NCBI GenBank assembly: GCA_963788655.1
Contig: CAWBHS010000087.1
Span: forward strand, 64,001-128,000
Direction of reading: 5' to 3'
DNA: 64,000 nucleotides
Source: an uncultured Verrucomicrobiae bacterium
Lineage (GTDB): Bacteria > Verrucomicrobiota > Verrucomicrobiia > Limisphaerales > JAFGQR01
Shown: piece after piece, positions 1 to 9,508 of the stretch
Numbering within the stretch: position 1 is the first letter of the stretch
Layout: each line of letters opens with the position of its first letter
Notes under the pieces: generated by a model
Told to the model about the DNA's origin: nothing
What the model saw: the letters and a program-made list of their open reading frames with translations, nothing else
Databases searched by the model: none
Position numbers and translations under genes: made by a program

Positions 1-1
1 C

Positions 2-3000
2 GTTTATCTCTACGACTCCGTGGTCGAGGGCGGCGCGTTGCTCGACTCGGTGACGTTCGGTGTGCAATTGACCGATCTCTCGATTGGCCGACTGATCGAC
101 GGCTCTTGGGGCTTGACGACGCCTACCTTCGGGTCGGTCAACCACGCCGCGCCTACGAGCGATGCGTCGCCACTCAAGCTCAATGAATGGTTGGCCATCG
201 GGCAATCGTTGTTCGCGAATGACTTCATCGAATTGTATAATCCGAACACCTTGCCGGTGAGTCTGGGCGGGCTCTATTTGAGCGATGAAACGATGGGGTG
301 GCCCGATCGGCACGCCATTGCTCCGCTCACGTTCATTTCGGGATATGGCTACCTCCGGTTCTTGGCGGACAGCGATCCCGGGCAGGGACCGTTGCATTTG
401 GACTTCACGCTCTCGGCGGACCAGGGCTCGATTGGCTTGTTCGATGCGAGCCTCACGCCCATCGACTTGGTCACCTACCAGGCCCAACAGCCGGATATTT
501 CCCAAGGCCGAAGTCCAAATGGATCGAGTACCATTGTTTTCTTCACCCAACCGACCCCGGGTGGTCCCAATCCTCGCACCAGCACGGCGCCCCAGGCACA
601 GGTTATCCCGATCCTGTCGATGGATCACGTCTGGCGCTACGACCAATCCGGGGCCGATCTGGGTACGGCCTGGCGGGAGTCTGGCTACGATGACAATTCA
701 TGGTCTTCGGGACCGGCCTTGTTGGGTTACGAAACCACCACACTGACCGAGCCCATCCGGACGCAGCTTTCCGTGAGCAGCGCCCAACTCACTTACTACT
801 TCCGCACGGTGTTCGTGGCACCGACGAATGGCAATCTCGTGGGATTGCAGATCACGCACTACCTCGATGACGGCGCGATCTTTTACCTCAATGGCCAGGA
901 ATTGCTCCGCGTCAACATGCCGGCGGGGATCGTGAATTCCAGCACGCTTGCGCCCAATAGCGTGGGTGACGCGGTTATACAAGGACCGGAAGCGGTTTCG
1001 ACGACCGCGCTGCAACCGGGCAACAACGTGCTGGCGGTGGAAGTTCACCAGAGCAGCACCAGCAGTTCGGACGTGATCTTTGGCCTGTCGTTGGACGCCC
1101 TGGCCATCACCAACAGTTCCGCCGGCGGCTCCGTCGTGCTCAACGAAGTCCTGGCCGTCAATTCCAATCTGACCGAAGCCGACGGTTCCACGCCGGACTG
1201 GATTGAACTTTACAACCAGTCCGCCGGCCCCGTGGACTTGGGCGACCTGAGTCTTACGGACGATACGACCCTGCCGCGGCGCTGGGTTTTTTCGACGGGT
1301 ACCATTGTAGCGCCGGGCGGCTATTTCCGCGTTCGGTGCAACAGTAGTCAACCGGTCAGCAGCACCAACACCGGCTTCGGTCTCAAAGGCACCGGTGGCG
1401 CTGTGTATCTTTTTGACAACCTAGCCAGCGGCGGCGGGCTGCTGGATTCCATCGCATACGGCCTTCAGATTCCGGATCTGTCAGTCGGCCGCTCTCCGAA
1501 CGGCGTCGGCACAAATTGGGTGCTCGGCATTCCGTCGCCTACGGCGGCCAACCTGCCGGTCACTTCGCTGGGCAGCGCAACCGATCTTAAGATCAACGAG
1601 TGGATGGCTGCTCCGGGTTCCGGCGATGATTGGTTCGAACTGTTCAATCCTGGAACTCAACCCGTGGCGATTGGCGGATTGCATCTCACCGATGATTTGA
1701 CTGATCCGCTCAAGCAACCCATCTCCCCGCTATCTTTCATCGGCGCCGGCACGAACGCCTGGTTGCAATTTCATGCCGACGGCAACATCGGCGCCGGCGC
1801 GGACCACGTCAGCTTCGGTCTGAAAGCTGGCGGCGAAGCGCTTGGACTCTACACCGCCGACGGCGCCCAAATTGATGGTCACGTCTTTGGACCGCAATTG
1901 ACCGGTGTTTCTGAAGGCCGGTTCCCGGACGGCGCCCCTGACGTGGTCAGCTTCCCGCGCACTGATTCGCCGGGCGCGTCCAACTTCCGGTTGCTTACGT
2001 CCGTGGTGATCAATGAAGCACTCCCCCATACTGATCCGCCGCTCGAAGACGCCATCGAGTTATTCAACACCACCGACCAAGCGATTGACGTGGGCGGTTG
2101 GTGGCTCAGCGATGATCCGGGCACGATTCAAAAATATCAAATCCCCTCGCCCACCATCATTACCGCGCACGGCTATGCGGTGTTCTACCAAACCACCTTC
2201 AGCAACCGGGATGACGTGGGCACGGCCATACCGTTCTCCCTGAGTTCGAAGGGCGACGAAGTGGTGCTGTCGGCCACCGCCGGCAATGTCCTCACCGGCT
2301 ACCGGACTTCCGTGAAATACGGGGCTTCGGAAAACGGCGTGTCGTTTGGCCGCTACGTGACCAGCACCGGCGAGGAGGCATTTGTGGCCATGAGCGCGCG
2401 GTCATTGGGACAGGATGATCCGGGAACGGTGGCGGAGTTCCGATTGGGCACCGGCGCGCCCAACCCCTATCCGCGCATTGGCCCGGTGGTGATCAGCGAA
2501 ATCATGTACCATCCGCCCGATCTGGGCACCAACGACAATGTGCGCGACGAGTTCATTGAGTTGCACAACCTCACCACCGTGCCGGTGCCGCTCTATGATC
2601 CGGCCGCGCCTACCAACACGTGGCACTTGCGCGACGCGGTGGATTTCGAATTCCCCGCCGGCACGGCCATCTACCCGGGTGATTACCTACTGGTCGTCAG
2701 CTTCAATCCGGATACTGATCCTGGGGCGCTGGCGGCGTTCCGGCAAACCTACCAACTGAACGCGGGGGTGGCCATCGTGGGCCCTTACCGTGGCAAACTC
2801 GCCAACAGCACCGACGAGATTGAATTGCGCAAGCCCGACGCGCCCGACACCAATGGCGTCGCCTACATTTTGGTGGAGAGTGTGCGTTACAGCGACACCG
2901 CCCCCTGGCCGGCTCTGGCCGACGGCACCGGGTTGTCCCTCCAGCGCCTGGCCGATGCTGAATTTGGGAATGACCCAGCCAATTGGACCGCCGCCACCCC

Positions 3001-3676
3001 CACCCCCGGCCCCCAGGCCGCACCGTTGGATTCCGACGGTGATGGGTTGCCCGACTCCTGGGAGAATGCCTACGGCTTGAATCCTGCCAATCCGGCGGAT
3101 GCGAACTTCGATTCCGACGGAGACGGATTGACCAATCTCGAGGAATTTCACATTGGCACCAGCCCGCGCGACGACCAGAGCGTGCTCAAGCTGGAACTGG
3201 CCGCGTCCCCGGATCAGACTGAGCTTTCCTTCCTGGGCATCACCGGTCATTCCTACACGATTCAATTCAAGGAATCAGTGAACTCGCCCACGTGGTACAA
3301 CCTTTCCACCTCGGAAGTCACCGGTGCGAACGGAACGGTCTCGTTGTTGGATCCCAATCCCATGACACACCAACGCATCTATCGCATCATCACGCCGGCG
3401 GTGGCCAGTCTGCCCGCGGGTCCAATCATTCTCGAAAGCCCGAGTGGGCAGCAAACCAGCATTGGGGGCAGCGCCTGGTTCCAGGTTGTTGCCGTTGGCA
3501 TCGGCGAGTTGGAATACCAATGGCTGCACAACGGCGTCCCCATCGCCGGTGCCGTGAGCTCATCATTGGCATTGCCGTTGGCAACGGTTCAGGACGCCGG
3601 CGAGTATTCGGTCCAAATCACCGACACTTTGGGCACCTCCACAAGCCAAGCCGCAACGCTGATGGTCAAACCTTGA
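2..3676 (+). CDS. Large multi-lamin-tail-domain (LTD) surface/secreted protein with a galactose-binding-like domain, DxDxDG repeats and a C-terminal Ig-like domain; 5' end outside the window
   Basis: Frame is open from base 2. Five LTD-like starts (LKLNEWLA, VVLNEVLA, LKINEWMA, VVINEALP, VVISEIMY), each followed by an (I/F)EL(Y/F/H)N motif. Also DDGAIFYLNG, two DSDGDGL repeats and an Ig motif YQWLHNG...DAGEYSV. Confidence 0.85.
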   Translation, partial: VYLYDSVVEGGALLDSVTFGVQLTDLSIGRLIDGSWGLTTPTFGSVNHAAPTSDASPLKLNEWLAIGQSLFANDFIELYNPNTLPVSLGGLYLSDETMGWPDRHAIAPLTFISGYGYLRFLADSDPGQGPLHLDFTLSADQGSIGLFDASLTPIDLVTYQAQQPDISQGRSPNGSSTIVFFTQPTPGGPNPRTSTAPQAQVIPILSMDHVWRYDQSGADLGTAWRESGYDDNSWSSGPALLGYETTTLTEPIRTQLSVSSAQLTYYFRTVFVAPTNGNLVGLQITHYLDDGAIFYLNGQELLRVNMPAGIVNSSTLAPNSVGDAVIQGPEAVSTTALQPGNNVLAVEVHQSSTSSSDVIFGLSLDALAITNSSAGGSVVLNEVLAVNSNLTEADGSTPDWIELYNQSAGPVDLGDLSLTDDTTLPRRWVFSTGTIVAPGGYFRVRCNSSQPVSSTNTGFGLKGTGGAVYLFDNLASGGGLLDSIAYGLQIPDLSVGRSPNGVGTNWVLGIPSPTAANLPVTSLGSATDLKINEWMAAPGSGDDWFELFNPGTQPVAIGGLHLTDDLTDPLKQPISPLSFIGAGTNAWLQFHADGNIGAGADHVSFGLKAGGEALGLYTADGAQIDGHVFGPQLTGVSEGRFPDGAPDVVSFPRTDSPGASNFRLLTSVVINEALPHTDPPLEDAIELFNTTDQAIDVGGWWLSDDPGTIQKYQIPSPTIITAHGYAVFYQTTFSNRDDVGTAIPFSLSSKGDEVVLSATAGNVLTGYRTSVKYGASENGVSFGRYVTSTGEEAFVAMSARSLGQDDPGTVAEFRLGTGAPNPYPRIGPVVISEIMYHPPDLGTNDNVRDEFIELHNLTTVPVPLYDPAAPTNTWHLRDAVDFEFPAGTAIYPGDYLLVVSFNPDTDPGALAAFRQTYQLNAGVAIVGPYRGKLANSTDEIELRKPDAPDTNGVAYILVESVRYSDTAPWPALADGTGLSLQRLADAEFGNDPANWTAATPTPGPQAAPLDSDGDGLPDSWENAYGLNPANPADANFDSDGDGLTNLEEFHIGTSPRDDQSVLKLELAASPDQTELSFLGITGHSYTIQFKESVNSPTWYNLSTSEVTGANGTVSLLDPNPMTHQRIYRIITPAVASLPAGPIILESPSGQQTSIGGSAWFQVVAVGIGELEYQWLHNGVPIAGAVSSSLALPLATVQDAGEYSVQITDTLGTSTSQAATLMVKP

Positions 3677-4136
3677 GGGTTAAGCGGGCCACCGGTAATT
3701 GGGTTTCTGAAGATTCCGGTCGGGTTGTTTAGGCGGCGCAAGTTCTCACAGGGAATTGCGTTCGACCTCGCCGATAATCGTGAGTGCTTGTCTGCTGAGA
3801 TGGTGCCTTTTGTGGCTGAATCCGGCTTTCGCGGCCTCAAAGGTTATTCACCATCGCCGCACAACCAAACAGCAGGAAATCCGTGCTGAACGATTTCGAC
3901 GGGAGGTGTGGTATCGGGCGTGTCTGGCGGCGGACGAAGAGTTAAGACGCAGATAATATGTGCCGCTTGCCAATCATTTCGAATGTTGCGGGACAGACGT
4001 GCCAATTGTCTCACCGCAACGACACGAGGCGCAAAAATTTTCAGCCTCAGACTTTGACTCTTCTTCTCATTGCGGTGAAATCGCCAGGTTCGCAATTTTC
4101 ACGGCAGTCCTCGATTCTCAGCCGGAAGACCTGCGC

Positions 4137-5765
4137 TTATTCCCGAAAAGCATAGCAGTGTTTTTTCGTTCTGACGTAGAGCGCGTCGTCCACGATCGCC
4201 GGCGTGGCCAGCACTTCTTCGCCAAGTTTATTGCGGGCCAGGACTTCCAGCGTGTCGCCGCTGCGGATCACCACGGCCATGCCCTGCTGCGAAATGACGC
4301 AGATCTTCCCGCCGTCGGCGACCGGGGAAGCGTAGTAGTTCCCCAATGCTCCCAGGCGTTCTTCCCGATAAAACACATGCCCGGTTCTCGCCTCCAGGCA
4401 GGTGAGCATGCCGCCATTTTTCACCAGGTAAACGCGACCATCGTAATTGAGCGGGGAAGGCACGTAGGGCAACCCGCGAGTCTGCTTCCAGACCACATGA
4501 GTTTGCGTGACGTTGCCATGACCGTCGGGCCGCACCGCAAACGCGACGTTTTGGGATTGTTGGAAAATCGCCGCAATCGACTCCCATTCGACGCGAGAGA
4601 TCGCTTCGTCCTTGTCGGCATCAATGTATTGAAAATGCTGGCGCGCCGGACCGGACGTGGCTTCGCCGCGGGCAATCTTGTCGTCATGGTTGGCATCCGA
4701 TTGAGCGAGCAAATTGTCATAGGACGGCAACCTTCCCGGTCCCGACCCGTACGTCCAGCCAGCGGCATAAACCAGGTCACCGTCCGTTATCGGAGAGGAC
4801 ACCATTTCGTTGGGCAAGCCGCTGACGCTCCAGCGTTCGCTTCCATCCTTTAAGTTGTAGGCCATGAGCCGCAACGTGCCAGTGGCGATGACCATCTCGG
4901 GAGCGGCGGGCGGGTAGGCCAGGGGAGTGGAGAAGCTCCGACGGAACGCGGTGCGATCAGCTTTCCAGACGGTGTTGCCCGTGTGCTTGTCCACCGCCAG
5001 CAAATAGGAGCCCACGTCCTGGTCGCACAACAACAATGCCAAACCGCCGGCCAGGATCGGGGATGTGCCGGCGCCGTGCTGCGTGATAGGGATCGGGAGT
5101 GGCTTACGCCAAAGTTCCTGGCCCTCGAGCTGGTAAGCGGCCAAGCCATACGAGCCAAAATAGACGCAAACGATTTGCCCGTCGGTGGCTGGAGTGGAAT
5201 TGGCCAGGCTGCCCAAGCCGGAGTTGGATTCGGTTTTCTCAGGACTCAGTTCCCGTTGCCACAAAATCGCGCCGGTGCGCCGGTCCAGGCAAAGCGTCAG
5301 CAATTTGCCAGCAGCGGAACCGGTCAGGAAAATACGGTTCTCCCATACACACGGCGAGCCGTTGCCGGAAGGCAGGACCGTTTTCCAAACGACGTTCGAA
5401 TCGGGGCCGAACTGCGTGGGGAAACGGCTGTTATCAGCGATACCGGAACCGTGTGGCCCGCGAAATTGCGGCCACCAGGCCGGGGCGCTCCCAGCGACGT
5501 TTTGGCCAAACGCAATCAACAGAAGGACGCACAGACAATGTCCAACTGCAGAGGAAATGGCGCGTCGGAATGCCCACCGCCTGGAGGTTTCGAAGCCACT
5601 GTAGCCGCCGACGTGAGGCGGCGGAATCGAGGCGCCATGCCCGTGCTCCGCCTTCTCACGTCGGCGGCCACCACTACGCGATATTTTAGGCGGGGCGGGA
5701 AACGTCCGGGCGAGCATGTGCGCGGAATTCTTATGCACAAATGTCGTTCGCTTTTCGCCCCTCAT
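4137..5765 (-). CDS. PQQ-like beta-propeller (BamB-like) repeat protein with an EF-hand insertion
   Basis: WPQFRGPHGSG N-terminus, repeated SP/TP...W propeller motifs, DANHDDKI and DADKDEAISRVEW EF-hand-like loops. Start is 5765 or 5717. Confidence 0.85.
   Translation of the reverse strand: MRGEKRTTFVHKNSAHMLARTFPAPPKISRSGGRRREKAEHGHGASIPPPHVGGYSGFETSRRWAFRRAISSAVGHCLCVLLLIAFGQNVAGSAPAWWPQFRGPHGSGIADNSRFPTQFGPDSNVVWKTVLPSGNGSPCVWENRIFLTGSAAGKLLTLCLDRRTGAILWQRELSPEKTESNSGLGSLANSTPATDGQIVCVYFGSYGLAAYQLEGQELWRKPLPIPITQHGAGTSPILAGGLALLLCDQDVGSYLLAVDKHTGNTVWKADRTAFRRSFSTPLAYPPAAPEMVIATGTLRLMAYNLKDGSERWSVSGLPNEMVSSPITDGDLVYAAGWTYGSGPGRLPSYDNLLAQSDANHDDKIARGEATSGPARQHFQYIDADKDEAISRVEWESIAAIFQQSQNVAFAVRPDGHGNVTQTHVVWKQTRGLPYVPSPLNYDGRVYLVKNGGMLTCLEARTGHVFYREERLGALGNYYASPVADGGKICVISQQGMAVVIRSGDTLEVLARNKLGEEVLATPAIVDDALYVRTKKHCYAFRE
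5601..5671. repeat. Family A GTAG-type REP doublet (inverted pair)
   Basis: gtagccgccgacgtgaggcggc ... cttctcacgtcggcggccac; the same core occurs at 9171, 25.3k, 42.4k, 47.2k and 57.2k. Confidence 0.85.
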
Positions 5766-5819
5766 GGTTGCTGGTGGTGAATGGTGGTGGTAACGAATGT
5801 CCTGTTCTGCGGTCCAGGG

Positions 5820-6791
5820 TCAGCCAAAACTCAGACCCAGATTTTTGCCGGTTTCCAAGATGTAGCTGGCCGCCTGATCATACGCATCAGCGGAGGGCAG
5901 ATGTTCAAGCATGAGCGGCGGCGGATTGGGTAGCGCGGCCAGGCGTTTCAAGTAAGTCGCGTAGTCAATGGAGCCGGTGCCCGGGCGGACCTCGCGGAAG
6001 TGGACATTCATTTCCACGTCCCAGGTCAGGTCTTTGGCGTGACAACTGACAATCCACTGGCCGAGCTTGTCGAAGCATTCATTGAGCAGGTCGGTGTTCC
6101 GATAGAACTTTTCCGGTGAATTCACCAGATTACAGGGATCCAGGTGTACGCCAAACGCGGGCCGGTCCACAGCCTTGATCATTTGCCGGTAGCGATCCGG
6201 ACTTTCGGGCATGGCCCAGCCCATCATTTCGTAGCAGAACTTGGCGCGTTTCGGTTTCACGGCGTCGATGATCTTGCGGGCATTCTCGACCGCGCCATCA
6301 AAGAAAGCCGGGGAGAAATTCTTTGGATCCGGGCCAAACCAGGATTGGGGATTGAACGAGCCGGCAATGTCCACACAGCAAAGCGCGCCGATGGCGTCGG
6401 CCAGCGCGAGGCCGTCGGTCACATTGTTCAAATTCGCTTTTCGCTTGTCCGCGTCCGGGTCCAGCAGATTGCACCACCGACCCACTTCGGACAGGACGAC
6501 GTCTTCCTTCTTAAACGCGCTGGCAATGGCCTTGATCCGATCCGCTTCGTGCAAACCCACATTGGGGCAATAAGCCGCACGGTAGCCTTTTTGGCGATGC
6601 CATTGAGCCAAGGCTTCCGGATCGTTGGCGCTGGTGAATGCCGGTCCGCCGAGACGGAGCGGGTGGACGGAAGCCTGGTTGATTGGTTGGGCCGCCTGGA
6701 GCAGGGAGCGCGGTCGCAGCAGACTGGCGGTTGCGGCCAATGCCAAAGAGTTTCTCAAGAAATGCCGGCGATTGGATGTGCGGGTGTTCAT
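5820..6791 (-). CDS. Sugar phosphate isomerase/epimerase (xylose-isomerase-like TIM barrel), Tat signal
   Basis: MNTRTSNRRHFL Tat-like leader; E, D-P-x-N, HAKD, PGTGSIDY and LEH motifs. Confidence 0.85.
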   Translation of the reverse strand: MNTRTSNRRHFLRNSLALAATASLLRPRSLLQAAQPINQASVHPLRLGGPAFTSANDPEALAQWHRQKGYRAAYCPNVGLHEADRIKAIASAFKKEDVVLSEVGRWCNLLDPDADKRKANLNNVTDGLALADAIGALCCVDIAGSFNPQSWFGPDPKNFSPAFFDGAVENARKIIDAVKPKRAKFCYEMMGWAMPESPDRYRQMIKAVDRPAFGVHLDPCNLVNSPEKFYRNTDLLNECFDKLGQWIVSCHAKDLTWDVEMNVHFREVRPGTGSIDYATYLKRLAALPNPPPLMLEHLPSADAYDQAASYILETGKNLGLSFG

Positions 6792-6990
6792 GGCTACTTT
6801 GAAACCGGTTTTGGGAATTCTGGCAAGCAAACATTCGATAATGACCAATGCCCAATGATCCAATGGCCAGAGAACGACCAAGCCCCACTGCCCATCCCGG
6901 CTGCTGACCAAGCACGATCTGGCTGGCAATTGGCTTTGGGAATTGGTCATTCTGCGGGTGCCTGTTCACTGGCGCGATTTGCCGGCCTCC

Positions 6991-7317
6991 GTTTCTGCCG
7001 GCAGGATGCTGCGACAACGTGCTGCCGGCGTCCCGCCGGCAGAACCGATTGCAGGCACAGCCATCGAATCTCGCACCGCCGGCTCGCTGGCAATGGGCGT
7101 TGGTCCTTGGTCGATCTCTGGTCATTGGATCATTGAACATTGGTTATTTATTTGTAACCTCCGCTCCAAATCTGCCGGCAGGATGCCGGCAGCACACTGG
7201 TAATGTGCTGCCCGTCCCGCTGGCCGTTTGGCAAGGACTATTCGAAGATCAGCCCTCTAAAACATTTGGGTGTGACATCAGCGTCCGTTTCTGCCGGCGG
7301 GACGCCGGCAGCACGTT
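6991..7317. repeat. Family C palindromic repeats (CTGCCGGCAGGATGCCGGCAGCAC), about 4 copies, mixed with TGGTCAT-like heptamers
   Basis: Copies at about 6991-7046 (pair), 7170-7197 and 7288-7317; the same motif occurs at 40918-41180. Confidence 0.8.
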
Positions 7318-7370
7318 GATGCACGCTGGTATTGACAAGCGTCCGGCAATCTGGTCTAACCACGCCATCC

Positions 7371-8792
7371 ATGAAACATGTCAGTGGTTCCAGATGGCGA
7401 CCTCACACGCTGTTCATCCTCATTGGCCTTGTTCTTCTGACGGGCGTGCTCTTGCCGGCAGGAGCGGCTACGATGGAGGAACGAATGGCGATCCTGGAGT
7501 CGGCCGCGAAGGCCGGATCGTCCATCAGTGCGGGCGACAACGCCTGGCTGCTGGTCAGTTCCGCGCTGGTGCTGATGATGACCGCGCCGGGGTTGATTCT
7601 GTTTTATGGCGGCCTGGTGCGCAGCAAGAACGTGCTCTCCACGATGATGCACAGCCTGATTTTGATGGGCGTGGTGTCGCTGCTTTGGATGGTGTACGGC
7701 TACAGCATGGCGTTTGGCGAAGGGAACGCGTTCTTCGGAAATCCGTTCCAATATTTCATGCTGCACGGCGTGGGGCTCGAACCGAATCCGGACTACGCCG
7801 GCACCGATTCCGCAGCAGAGCTTCATGCTGTTTCAAATGATGTTCGCCATCATCACTCCCGCGCTGATCAGCGGCGCCATCGCGGAGCGCATGAAGTTCA
7901 GCGCTTATTTGCTGTTCATGGTGCTGTGGGTGACGATCGTTTATTTTCCGTTGTGCCACATGGTGTGGGGCAAGGGCGGCTGTTTAACTGGGCCTCGGGC
8001 GGGAAGCCTTCCCGTGCTGGATTTCGCCGGCGGCACGGTGGTGCATATCAGTTCCGGCGTTTCGGCGCTCGTTTGCGCGATGGTGTTGGGCAGGCGCGCT
8101 GGGATTTCCGCATGGAGCCGATGATGCCGCACAACGTGGTGCTGAGTTTGATCGGCACCGGTTTGCTGTGGGTGGGCTGGTTCGGCTTCAACGCGGGCAG
8201 CGCCTTGGGCGCCGGGGCGCTGGCCACCAGCGCGTTTGCCGCCACGCACTTCTCAGCCGCTGCGGCCGCTTTGGGTTGGGCGGGAATGGAATGGTTGCTC
8301 AAAGGCAAACCCAGCGTGCTGGGTGCTGCCTCGGGGATGGTGGCGGGTCTGGCAACCATCACGCCGGCTTCCGGTTTTGTCACCATTCCGGCGGCGCTGC
8401 TGCATTGGATTGACCGGGGGCGTTGTCTGTTATCTGGCGGTGACCAAACTGAAAAGTGCGTTGCGTTACGATGATTCGCTCGACGTATTCGGGGTCCACG
8501 GCGTTGGCAGTACGGTCGGCATGTTATGCTGGGAGTGTTGGCCAGTGCGACGGTTAATCCCGCCATTGCCGACACCTTCAAAATGGGGACCAACACGGTT
8601 TCGCTGGCCGGTAGTGCGGGCCAGTTTTTCAACCAGGTGGTGGGCGTGCTGTTCACCGCCGGTTTCGCGGCCGTGGCGACGATCGTTATCCTCTACCTCG
8701 TCAAAGCTCTGGTCGGCCTGCGGGTGTCGAATGAGGACGAAGATACCGGGTTGGATTTGACGCAGCACGGCGAAAGCGCCTACAACGATTGA
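7371..8792 (+). CDS. amtB: Ammonium transporter AmtB (several frameshifts in this sequence)
   Basis: Motifs spread over three frames: [99 protein letters not shown]. Confidence 0.95.
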
Positions 8793-8807
8793 CGCGAACA
8801 GAATTAA

Positions 8808-9152
<345 letters not shown>

Positions 9153-9170
9153 TTGGGAGATTTCCTTGCC

Positions 9171-9197
9171 GTAGCCGCCGACGTAAGGAGGCGGACC
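9171..9197 (+). repeat. Single family A REP
   Basis: gtagccgccgacgtaaggaggcgg just after the glnK stop. Confidence 0.8.
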
Positions 9198-9454
9198 CAA
9201 AGCACCCCGACCGCGTTCCGCAGTCTATCGGCAAGTAAACAGGGGGCGAAATATCCGGGTCAAGTCCCCACGAACGCTGTTGATTTCGTCGCTTGGTTCC
9301 CAGTAGTAGCGGCTGGTTTGGAGGTGTCCAATTCGAAGCCCGTGGCCCTGGTGAGTTCATTGGCTTCGGTTTCGCCCGCTTGTTCATTATCGCCTTCCAC
9401 CCCGACCGGCCAGTTATCGGCCTTCGGCGTTCGGTCTTTGTTTTGGCTTTGGGA

Positions 9455-9483
9455 TTGCCACTCCCGCTGGCGCGGCCTACTTT
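9455..9483 (+). promoter_or_regulatory. Putative sigma70-type promoter of the GH42 gene
   Basis: TTGCCA-17 nt-TACTTT, 25 nt before ATG 9509. Confidence 0.5.
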
Positions 9484-9508
9484 GCGGCAAAACTCGTCGC
9501 GGCCCATT

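Noticed and set aside
9200..9450. Small ORF or ncRNA between glnK and the GH42 gene (also 3700-4000, 29520-30050, 34800-35100, 38300-38690, 41900-42340)
   Set aside because: No recognisable riboswitch, tRNA or protein motif by eye; an Rfam/Infernal scan would be needed.
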